A stretch of 64,000 nt of DNA from Octopus sinensis (lineage: Eukaryota), in assembly GCF_006345805.1 (NCBI RefSeq), contig NC_043003.1, positions 53,568,001-53,632,000 of the forward strand, written 5' to 3'. Within the stretch, counting starts at the first letter, position 1, and every line of letters starts with the position of its first letter. A program made the position numbers and the translations under genes. Below are positions 37,135-48,307 of the stretch, piece by piece. The notes under the pieces were generated by a model. That model did no database searches. It was not told the origin of the DNA and saw only the letters and a list, made by a program, of their open reading frames with translations.

Positions 37135-37438
37135 AATTATCTCGAGGACAAATTTGTTTAAATGTCTTTTACGTATAATGCTATTTAGGTATTAATGTAA
37201 TTTTTCAAAACTAAATTTGCTCTGTGCTTGATTGTTACTATTTCACCAATATTAGGATAGGTACATTTTGGAAAATATGGAATACCTCATAAGTAATATA
37301 TTAACATCCTAAATTCAGTGGAGATGTTAATAAAGATGTTACGCATTAAATTAATGCGTTCAATTTACCTTTATCAATGTATATCAAATTATACATAGAT
37401 ATATATACAAGATTTACATAGATATAAGAGTTAGAACT

Positions 37439-40130
37439 GCTATAGCCCCGGGCCGACCAATGCCTTGTGAGTGGATTTGGTAGACGGAAACTGAAAGAAG
37501 CCTGTCGTATATATGTATATATATATATATATATATATAACAATCAAGGAACGGCCATAATAGGCCATTCACCCACTAGAAATAACAGCCAAAGCTTCAA
37601 CCGCAAATAAAGATCAATTCCGTAAACAGGAGAAAATTTAAAAAAACATTTACCCTGTAATTTCTTTACGATGCACCGTTTCGTCTGCTGTTTAATGGTA
37701 AACTAACCTGATTAAATTAAATCAAGCCAATCTTCCATAGGCCCTCAGATTCTTCAGCAAGAAATAGCCAAGTCGGGACAGATATTTTCACGAGGCATTT
37801 CCAACCCTGCCAAGGCATATCTGACCTAAAATTTTCAAATCGTCGCACTCGCGCCAAATTTATCGGCAGCAAATAAATATAAGCTGTCGATTCCATTACG
37901 GAATTAACCAGAAAATTCATAATTAATCAATATAGGGTGGTGAAAAAAAATTTTGTAGAATTCCTTTTGCCACCAGCGGCCTAGTGGGAAAAAATTAAAT
38001 AGTCGTAGACCATTTTTGAGTTCAACATCAACAATCAAGGAACGGCCATAATAGGCCGTTCACCCACTAGAAATAACAGCCAAAGCTTCAACCGCAAATA
38101 AAGATCAATTCCGTAAACAGGAGAAAATTTAAAAAAACATTTACCCTGTAATTTCTTGTACGAAACGGTGCATCGTACAAGAAATTACAGGGTAAATGTT
38201 TTTTAAATTTTCTCCTGTTTACGGAATTGATCTTTATTTGCGGTTGAAGCTTTGGCTGTTATTTCTAGTGGGTGAATGGCCTATTATGGCCGTTCCTTGA
38301 TTGTTGATGTTGAACTCAAAAATGGTCTACGACTATTTAATTTTTTCCCACTAGGCCGCTGGTGGCAAAAGGAATTCTACAAAATTTTTTTTCACCACCC
38401 TATATTGATTATTATGAATTTTCTGGTTAATTCCGTAATGGAATCGATGGCTTATATTTATTTGCTGCCGATAATTTGGCGCGAGTGCGACGATTTGAAA
38501 ATTTTAGGTCAGATATTGCCTTGGCAGGGTTGGAAATGCCTCGTGAAAATATCGTCCCGACTTGGCTATTTCTTGCTGAAGAATCTGAGGGCCTATGGAA
38601 GATTGGCTTGATTTAATTTAATCAGGTTAGTTTACCATTAAACAGCAGACGAAACGGTGCATCGTACAAGAAATTACAGGGTAAATGTTTTTTTTAAATT
38701 TTCTCCTGTTTACGGAATGATCTTTATTTGCGGTTGAAGCTTTGGCTGTTATTTCTAGTGGGGAATGGCCTATTATGGCCGTTCCTTGATTGTTGATGTT
38801 GAACTCAAAAATGGTCTACGACTATTTAATTTTTTCCCACTAGGCCGCTGGTGGCAAAAGGAATTCTACAAAATTTTTTTTCACCACCCTATATTGATTA
38901 ATTATGAATTTTCTGGTTATTCCGTAATGGAATCGAGGCTTATATTTATTTGCTGCCGATAAATTTGGCGCGAGTGCGACGATTTGAAAATTTTAGGTCA
39001 GATATTGCCTTGGCAGGGTTGGAAATGCCTCGTGAAAATATCTGTCCCGACTTGGCTATTTCTTGCTGAAGAATCTGAGGGCTATGGAAGATTGGCTTGA
39101 TTTAATTTAATCAGGTTAGTTTACCATTAAACAGCAGACGAAACGGTGCATCGTACAAGAAATTACAGGGTAAATGTTTTTTTTAAATTTTCTCCTGTTT
39201 ACGGATTGATTCTTTATTTGCGGTTGAAGCTTTGGCTGTTATTTCTAGTGGGTGAATGGCCTATTATGGCCGTTCCTTGATTGTTGATGTTGAACTCAAA
39301 AATGGTCTACGCACTATTTAATTTTTTCCCACTAGGCCGCTGGTGGCAAAAGGAATTCTACAAAATTTTTTTTCACCACCCTATATTGATTAATTATGAA
39401 TTTTCTGGTTAATTCCGTAATGGAATCGACGGCTTATATTTATTTGCTGCCGATAAATTTGGCGCGAGTGCGACGATTTGAAAATTTTAGGTCAGATTGC
39501 CTTGGCAGGGTTGGAAATGCCTCGTGAAAATATCTGTCCCGACTTGGCTATTTTTGAAGAATCTGAGGGCCTATGGAAGATTGGCTTGATTTAATTTAAT
39601 CAGGTTAGTTACCATTAAACAGCAGACGAAACGGTGCATCGTACAAGAAATTACAGGGTAAATGTTTTTTTTAATTTTCTCCTGTTTACGGAATTGATCT
39701 TATTTGCGGTTGAAGCTTTGGCTGTTATTTCTAGTGGGTGAATGGCCTATTATGGCCGTTCCTTGATTGTTGATGTTGAACTCAAAAATGGTCTACGACT
39801 ATTTAATTTTTTCCCACTAGGCCGCTGGTGGCAAAAGAATTCTACAAAATTTTTTTTCACCACCCTATATTGATTAATAAATATATATATATATATTATA
39901 TATATATATATGTATGTGTGTGTATGTGTTTGTGTGTCTGTGTTTGCCCCCTAGCATTGCTTGACAACTGATGCTGGTGTGTTTATGTCCCCGTCACTTA
40001 GCGGTTCGGCAAAAGAGACCGATAGAATAAGTACCGAGCTTACAAAGAATAAGTCCTGGGGTCGATTTGCTCAATTAAAGATGGTGCTCCAGCATGGCCG
40101 CAGTCAAATGACTGAAACAAGTAAAAGAGA
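37439..40130 (+). mobile_element. Single SINE family A copy split by a 2.34-kb tandem array in its (TA)n tract
   Basis: 5' part 37439-37539 ends in (TA)n; 3' part 39879-40130 resumes with (TA)n/(TG)n and the normal tail. Confidence 0.85.
37540..39878. repeat. ~490-bp tandem array with internal inversion (about 1.3 units in one orientation, about 3.5 units in the other)
   Basis: acaatcaagg at 37540 and 38031 (period 491); gaaacggtgcatcgtac at 38162, 38651, 39140 and 39628 (periods 489, 489, 488); inversion centre about 38168. Confidence 0.95.
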
Positions 40131-40799
40131 TTCCTATCTACATTGTTTAATGACCAATTCAGCAATTTGGCACTTAAGATTTAACGAGATTTAACGAGAT
40201 TAAATTTTAATTTTTGTATGTCTTTTCAGCATTTTGTCCATTCAGTTTTATGTCCATTCGGCTTCTCATCCTTCAGCAAAAGTGCATTCAGCATCCTGTC
40301 CGTGTACCATTTTGCAGCTGGATGTACTTCCTAATACCAAACACTTTACAGAGTGGACAGGGTACTTTTTACGTGGTACCAGCACCAGTGACTTCTCATA
40401 TGACATGGTTAGCAACAGCAGCAGCAGCTGTCAACTAGTTACCCATGTAACCAATTAACAAATCAATTGTTTGAATAAATTGCTGAGTCAATCTATCAAT
40501 CAGTTAGATTCATCAAAATCCTTTCGTCACTATTTGCAAACTCCATAAATATTCAAGATTGCTTTACTATTAATGTTAGTACAACCTATTTCAATACCAA
40601 AACAACTGCTCTTTATATTTACAGTAACTCTACTATAGATCAACATTTCAGAAAGGTAATATTTATGCCCACTTAAATGTGACTGTTCAGTTAGAACTAT
40701 ACTAACAGAACAGCCATGGTATTAACCCATTAGCACCCATGATCCTCTTTTAGGACCAGAAGGATAATCCATCATATTTTGGCAAACCCTGTATTTGCA

Positions 40800-41019
40800 G
40801 TTCTATATTTAAGAGATGAGGAATTATGTACATTATTTACATTATTTATATTTGATGGATATTTGTCCTCATCTTATTTGTTAACACAGCGTTTCAGCTG
40901 ATATACCCTCCAGCCTTCATCCCCAAGACACCTGATGAAAGTTGGAGGGTATATCAGCTGAAACGTTGTGTTAACAACAAACAAGATGAGGACAAATATC
41001 TGTCAAATATAAATAATGT
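40800..41019. mobile_element. Second tail-out inverted pair of the hammerhead-SINE tail
   Basis: Minus arm 40800-40920 (complete 3' end), plus arm 40921-41019; TSD aaaccctgtattt at 40784-40796 and 41020-41032. Confidence 0.85.
40927..40972 (+). ncRNA. Minimal type I hammerhead ribozyme motif (PLE type)
   Basis: gacac CTGATGA a agttg-gagggtatat-cagct GAAA cgtt gtgtt. Confidence 0.65.
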
Positions 41020-41280
41020 AAACCCTGTATTTTTCTGAGATATCTTTTGTTAGTCATCAAGACTGGAGTGTCTTTCAAATATTGTAACAAACATTTTTTT
41101 AAATATATTTAGTATCAGATAAAGTTGTATAAAAAAACGATTTTTGGTAATAAACTAAATAAAAAAAATTGGAGCATTAATGGGTTAATATTACCTCTGT
41201 CACAAGATTATGGGTTAACATTGGTCAGATTTTGTATCCAACAAACTCGATTCAAAAACTGAGATATGTTCTGTTAGTTG

Positions 41281-41570
41281 TATGATTCGAGAGTGCCAGC
41301 TCAGATTGTTCAGCCATGTTGCTCGATTTTTTGAGTTAGACCCTGCTTACCATGTTCCCCTGACGGAGGATCCAGCATGGTTGGCAGCTCCTACTGGTCA
41401 ACCACATACCACATGGCCACAGCAAATGAGGAGTTATCTCACAGAGATGGGGACTGACTGGGGCACTGCTGGATGAGTCACCCAGGAGGAGCCAGGAATA
41501 TACAAACAAATGGTGAATGCATCTACCATGCACTGCAATGGCACATTTCCCCTCCACCAGATTTGACATT
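41281..41570 (+). mobile_element. RTE-X/Expander-type LINE C-terminal fossil
   Basis: MIRECQLRLFSHVARFFELDPAYHVPLTEDPAW..PTGQPHTTWPQQMRSYL matches the RTE C-terminal RQLRL.GHVAR..DPA.....GRP..W pattern. Confidence 0.8.
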
Positions 41571-43283
41571 CCAAAATCAATAAAGTAACTATTGGAATAG
41601 ACATAATAAGTTATACCCTAGAAAACAGCACTCTATCACTGCCAAAATCTAATGACCGAAAGCAGTAAAACAATAACAGAATCATAAAATACTATTTTAT
41701 TCTTTGCATGTGTATATGTGAGTGCATGTGCAAACATGTGCTTTCCCTCCATCCAATCTTTATCATCATCCATACTGTTTAAATGGCAATCAATTGTAAT
41801 CACCACATCCCATCTATTCATTGGAGTCTGGTGACTGTAATCACTCCTGCTCTTCAAGAATCATATGAACTAAGTGAGTCATCAGAGATTTAAAGTGTCA
41901 CAAAAGCTTTTTGGCATATAAGACAGATATTTTTTTTTAATTGTTCTTTATCTTTTTAGTCAGTGACCTGACCCAATACTGTTTTCAGTTAATTTGTGAA
42001 AATAATGATATGTGTGAGAGTAAAGTTTAATCATTCTAATTTTTATGTCAAAAACACCATGACAAAATAAGTGTAAGGTGCCTCTGCATGGTATTCCGAC
42101 TTGCTAGAAATAGCAGCCAAATTCCCTCAAACCACACCCTACAGTCTTGGGGAAAAGAAAGGACACATTGCATAATGAAGTTCTAAATACACAAAACAGA
42201 CAGATGGTCACAGCTGGAATACATTTGATCAAAAGTCTGCTCAATAAGGGGCAAAACAACAACAACAAAACTCATTATCTATGGTGGTATTTGTAACATC
42301 AATTTTCTGAAAGTATGCTAAAAGCATTTTCCTAAATGTTTTTAGATTTCACATGTAATGGTCTAGATTCACATCACTTTTTATTAGAGAAGAAGAGATG
42401 ACAGCAATCGACAATATAAAAAGGTTAACAAATCTGTTAGTAATTATGCCATCTAAGATATTTAAAGAGTTCTTTAAGTAATTAGAGTTAACAAATCAAA
42501 GATAGATTAATTTTGACAAACTAGATGATACATTATTAGAATTACAAAACAGAAAATGGTGGGAGTGTTGAAATGAAATAAATATCTTGTTCGAATTTGC
42601 CATGAAAATGGGGACAGCACTAAATGTATCATATTCCAAGAGAGGGAACGAAGCTGGCAGAGAAGACAGTTTTGAAATTACTATAATAAAATGTTTTTAA
42701 CTTGGTGTCACATTTAGAAGGGGATGATGACAGGATAGGAACAGCGAATAGATTTAAAAGGGAAAATTATAAGATAGGGCTACTAAATAAATATGAAGCT
42801 TTATATAGGTTACTAAATAAGTATGAAACACACTAAATGGGTTATGAAACAAGTGTGAATCACTAAATGGGTTATTATGGGCTATTTTATCAGCTACATA
42901 GGAAATTAAGTTGCTTATTGCTGATGCTGTCTGAGCTTATACAGTAAGTTCAATTCCTGTCAGAATATCAAAATGAGTACATAAAAAAAAAAAAAGCAGT
43001 GATGAGATGGTACTGGAATTTTCAATGATCAAAAAACTAAAATAAAAAAATGAAAAGAAGTAACCATTATACACAACTATTACTAAAAGTACAGAACAGA
43101 ATGAAAATTTTAAAAACTTACTATTTTGCGTGATATACTAGGTGTATGGTACAAAACAACAAATGGAGGAGATGGAGGAAGTGATCCTACTAGGAAACAA
43201 GTTAGATTTGATAGATACAGAATGGGAGCTTACATAACGGGAAAAAGCATGTCTAAAAAGATTTTTGCTAAGTGTAGACATTA

Positions 43284-43965
43284 CTGTGTGAATAAGAGGC
43301 TCATTTTGTAATCACATGGTTTTGGGTTCAGTCCCATTGCACAGCACCCTGGGCAACTATTGTCTACTATAGCACCAGAGAGACCAGTGTCTTGTGAATG
43401 AATTTGGTAGACAGGAACTGTGTAGAAGGTAAGAAAGGTGGCAAGCTGGCAGAAACGTTAGCACACCAGGCGAAATGCTTAGCAGTATTTCATCTGCCGT
43501 TACGTTCTGAGTTCAAATTCTGCCGAGGTCAACTTTGCCTTTCATCCTTTCGGGGTCGATAAATAGAGTACCAGTTATGCACTGGGGTCGATGTAATCAA
43601 CTTAATCCCTTTCTCTGTCCTTGTTTGTCACCTCTATGTTTAGCCCCTTGTGTGGGCAATAAAGAAATAAGAAACTGTGTAGAGGCCCATCATGTGAGTG
43701 AGTGTGTGTGAGTGTGTGTGTGCATCTGTGTTTGTTGCCACCGCCACCACTACTTGACAACCAGTGTTGGTTTGTTTACATCCCCTATAACTCAGTGGTT
43801 CAGCAAAACAGACCAATAGGTTAAGCACCAGACTTAAAAATACATACAGGGTTTGATCTATTTGAATACAAACCCCTGAAGGTAGTACGTCAGCACAGCT
43901 GCATAGCAACAGGCAATGATCTTGCATGGCTTCAGTCATGATGGCTGAAATAATTCAAATTAACT
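43284..43965 (+). mobile_element. Old SINE family A with nested family D copy (43437-43670)
   Basis: aactgtgtaga duplicated at 43416-43426 and 43673-43683. Confidence 0.75.
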
Positions 43966-44226
43966 AAAGATAAAGTCTATGACACATCATTTACTGCTAA
44001 CAAAAATTGAGGAATATTTCCTCGAGAAAAGTATCAAATATTAATTTTAACTTTCCAGAAATAAACTGATTGATTGACATCACAGAGAGAGAGAGAGAGA
44101 GAGAAACGGAGAGACAGACAAACACACACACAGAAATAAGCACACATACAGATAGATACATACACACACACACATTTAAAAATGGTTTGTGGACAATTAT
44201 TTACCAAAATGATTCAGAATAGTAAA

Positions 44227-44574
44227 GGCACAGGAGTGGCTGTGTGGTAAGAAGCTTGCTTCTTAACCACACAGTTCTGGCTCTTTGGGCAAGTGTCAGG
44301 CCAACCAAAGCCTTGTGAATGGATTTGGTAGATGGAAACTGAAAGAAGCCTGTCATCTATGTAAGTGTGTGTATGCATTTGTGTGTCTGTGTTTGTCCCC
44401 CCCATCATCACTTGACAACCAATGTCGGTGTGTTTACATCCCTGAAACTTAGCAGTTCAGCAAAACAGACCGATAGAATAAGTACTAAGCTTACAAAGTC
44501 TTGGGGTCAATTTGTTTGACTAAAGGCAGTGCCCCAGCATGGCTGCAGTCAAATGATTGTAACAAATAAAAGAG
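44227..44574 (+). mobile_element. SINE family A
   Basis: Sequence similarity to family A. Confidence 0.85.
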
Positions 44575-45218
44575 CTGGAAACTGATTCTCTACAGGATTG
44601 TTTTAAATTTAGCAGTAGGATGATGGTATTTGTAAGGTTAAATGAAGTAAAAATGAAAAGAACAAAGAAATGACAAACCAGAAATTGTTTCATTGCATGA
44701 GAAAATATTGTCTGACATCACGATAGTAATGGCACAAGGCCAGCAATTTCAGAAGAGTGGGTAAATTGATTACATCGACTCAGGTGCTTAACTCCTACAT
44801 ATTTTATCAACCCTGAAAGAATGGAAGGCAAGGTTGACTTCAGAAGAACTTAAACACTGAATGTAAAGATGGGTGAAATGCCACTAAGCATTTTGTCCCT
44901 AGCATGTTAATGATTCTGCCAGCTCACCCCCGCCCCCTTTTTTTTAATACTAATATTAGCAGCCTCTTTCATGCTCTTGTGTTTTGGATTGGTTTAATTT
45001 CTGTTGAACTTCAAACCCCTATTGCTATATATTTGTATTTCACTAAATTGGGGCTTTAACACTGAACCTTATCTCTAGTATGGAATTTAATATTATTAAT
45101 CATTTTGCCATTGTCACAGAATAGAGGACTTCATTTTACAAATATAATCAGTGTCTGTTCCTAAAATTGTTTTATATTACTTTTTACTTTAATATTATCA
45201 TCATGGTCATTATCATTG

Positions 45219-45592
45219 TTATTACCTCCGCTTTAGCGAGGGCAGAGGTATTGTTTACAGTTGCGTTTATTTGTATGTCTGTCTGTGGACAAGATATCTT
45301 AAGAACCACTGGATGGATTCAAATGAAACTTTCAGGGATGTTTGGCCTCGTGACTGGCATGGGCTGATTAGATTTGGGGATCAATCCAGTACCGGACAAG
45401 GATTCGGGATTATTTTCCCAGTTTTTTTACTTAATTTTTGAGAGCAGTTGGGCTCAGTTTTAGCATTCTCATTTGCAAGAGAAGTTGAATTTATTTCAGA
45501 TATTCTCATTTTAAAAAATCATCTCTGGCTAATCACTGAGAAGACATTGGTGTTGCCTTGGTGAAGGTTTGCACTCTTTGAGTACTCTTGTT
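45219..45592 (+). mobile_element. Helentron-type non-autonomous element (HINE/DINE-like)
   Basis: 5' ttattacctccgc...gcagaggta hairpin; 3' ccttggtgaaggt (decayed sub-TIR) plus gcactc-tttgagtac hairpin, ending in tt; typical ctgtctgt and aaactttcagggatg...ggatca internal motifs. Confidence 0.7.
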
Positions 45593-48276
45593 ATAATTAC
45601 TTTATATTACTTAGTGACTTTGGTGACCTGTCTCATATGTTTGCAACATTTGCGCCCCACTAAAAGCATCCAAGGGCAATGTTGTGCCAATGGATCGAGA
45701 CTAGTACTCAAAAACAAGAATAGCCTGTTCATGAGATTGAACCTAAATCCAACATGTTGTGAAGTGAACCTCTAGCACTTGTCTACACAATGAGAAATTA
45801 ATTAAGCTTTATTCAAAACAAACACAATCTTTTCAGCACAGAGTTTCAGCTAATTCCCTTTTGATTAAAATTTAAAAAAAAAGATTTTATAGAAACATAA
45901 ACTATAATGTAAAGAAAAATATACAAATTTAATTTATTTCAAACCTAAAAAATTAACTTCAGTTTTATTATGGATCATGAATCATCTATTCATAAATGAT
46001 ATTCTATTCAATACTTTTTGAAGAAAAAAAGTCTGTTAATGTTCATTTTACCCTAACACAATACTATTAACTTTTCTGAATAAATCTTTGTTTCAGATTT
46101 ATTCATTAGCCTCAGCTGTGTACAGACAAGAACAACCATTTATTTGATTAGCACGTCTTTCATGGATAACTTACTAATTACTATGAGCTATTTCTTCTTT
46201 TGAACCTTACTTTAATTATAGCTTAGTGAACTCCATTTCACAAGCTCAATCTCATTTGTAGCTGTAAGGTTACACTTAATCTTTTCCTCAGTATTTTATT
46301 GTGGTCTTCAAAGTATCCAAAACACTTTAATTTCATTATCTCCTCTTCTCAATAGTTACTTAATTCTTTTGAGGATTATACTGATAAAGGTGCAATCAAC
46401 ATGGGATTTCACTGTTAATTGATTGCTTGGTTATAATCCATTTATTGAGAAACAGTTTACTTAAGCTTAAGAGAATATTTATTGAAGATTGCAAGTATCC
46501 ACATGGTCGTGGTATAAAATAATGGGATGGATTTAATTATACAGCTAATATGCATGCACCCATGTCTAGAATCCCAACATGAATTTTATGTATGAAGAGA
46601 TATGACACACACACACACGTTATAAATATTACATATATCATAAATATTTTTTATATTAGTTGGTTAGATAAGCAAAGTAAGAAAATTAACAAAGCTTAAA
46701 AATGTAAAAGTACCTAATACTTAATTCACACAAGGTGAAAGTTTCCTAAAAGGTTCTTGCAACTAAAATATTGGAAAACCATACACAGGCATTGACAGGT
46801 AGTTAGGTTCATTTCACAGTCATGATTTCACAATTGAATTCCACTGAGCAGCTCTTTCAAGAATTCTTTATCAGTCTTAGGCTGACCCAAGCCTGGAGAA
46901 TGAAAGTGTATAGATGGAAACTACATAGAAGGCTGTTAGATTGACTGTACCTGTAAGTCTGGGTATGACATTAAACTGCATCCAGTAACAAGGCCCTAGA
47001 TCAGAAGTTCCAGGGTCTTGAGGAGTATGTGATCACCTTTTAGCCACTATTGCTCCCAGGTTTACACTGAACCTGAATAGACCTGAGTTCCAGCTAAGGG
47101 TTAATTAGCATATTAGAGCTTGCCCACCTTTGCATGTAAAGATTGGATCAAGCAGACTCTGAGGAAGAAACCTTAATGGTTCAACAGAGGGGAAGGCATC
47201 TGCAACACACTGTGGAGTGTAAGGAGCAAGATGAGGCAAGTAAGACAGTTTCATCATCAACTGCATCCATTTCCAGCCCCAGATATCTTGACCTGGTCTT
47301 GACATTCGATTGAAGATGGTCACAGATGTGAGAGTAAGGCTGAAGGTGCACAACTCTTTTTCCCTTTGGAAGACGTCACTGTACAAAGTCATCAATCATC
47401 CTTAAAGAAGATCAGATGGTCTTGTCACTCCAGTGGATGAACAAAAGAAAAAAAAGGACTTCTGAGTTTTCAGACCAGCCTTGTGAAAAACTCAATTATG
47501 CTAATTTTTCTTAAGAATTATATTAATGAACAATATTCAACCACTTAAATTCACTGAGCAGGTAACTCAGTTGGTCAAAGAAATGGAATAATCAACATCA
47601 AAACCAACAAAGGAGGCATTTCATTTTCAATTTATGCTAGAAGTTCAGCAAACTGGCAGAATTGTCGATGCACTGGTCAAAATGCTTAGTGGTATGTCTT
47701 CCAGGTCCAACTCTTTATGTTCTGAGTTCAAATCTCACCACAGTCAACTTTGCCTTTCATTCTTTTGGGGTCGATAATATCAGCACTAGTTGAGAACTTG
47801 GGTCAACATAATCAACTAACTCCAACCATCCCCTAAAATAGCTGACTTTATGCCAAAATTTGAAACATTTTTTATTACTAGAGCAACATACACCAGATTA
47901 AAAGGAGTCTACAGAGTTGTTAAAATGATCGTCAAATTCACTGAGTTAATAGTGAGGTGAGTGAGAGAGAACTAACTTCATTATATGTCATTAAGAGTGA
48001 ATCATGATAACACAAGAAAATCAAAGGAACAAAATCATATAAAATTTATGAATATATAAAAAGTAACAGTCAACTAACAAGTCTTCATTGGTTTGATTTC
48101 TATACTAGTGAACAGTTCGTAAAATTTTAATGTGTGTTCAGGGCTGGAAAGCAAAGTCAACCTCAGCAGCATTTGAACTCAGAATGAAAAGAGCCAGAAG
48201 AAATGCCACTAAGAATTTTTGCCAATGTGGTAACAATTCTGCCAGTTCAATACCTGTACTGCTAGTTTTTTTTTTA

Positions 48277-48307
<31 letters not shown>

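Larger units (their letters stand above)
40726..41184. mobile_element. TTAA-flanked piggyBac-type MITE (family G) interrupted by the second hammerhead-SINE palindrome
   Basis: TTAA at 40722-40725 and 41185-41188; ends cccattagcac / gcattaatggg. Confidence 0.65.

Noticed and set aside
37540-39878. CRISPR-like or coding interpretation of the tandem array (ORFs at 38276, 38765, 37717)
   Set aside because: Units are ~490 bp and near-identical with no unique spacers; the ORFs break at indels between copies.
43181-43210. VILLGNKLDL, resembling the small-GTPase NKxD motif
   Set aside because: An in-frame stop follows shortly, with no other G boxes and no splice sites; a decayed LINE endonuclease or chance match is more likely.
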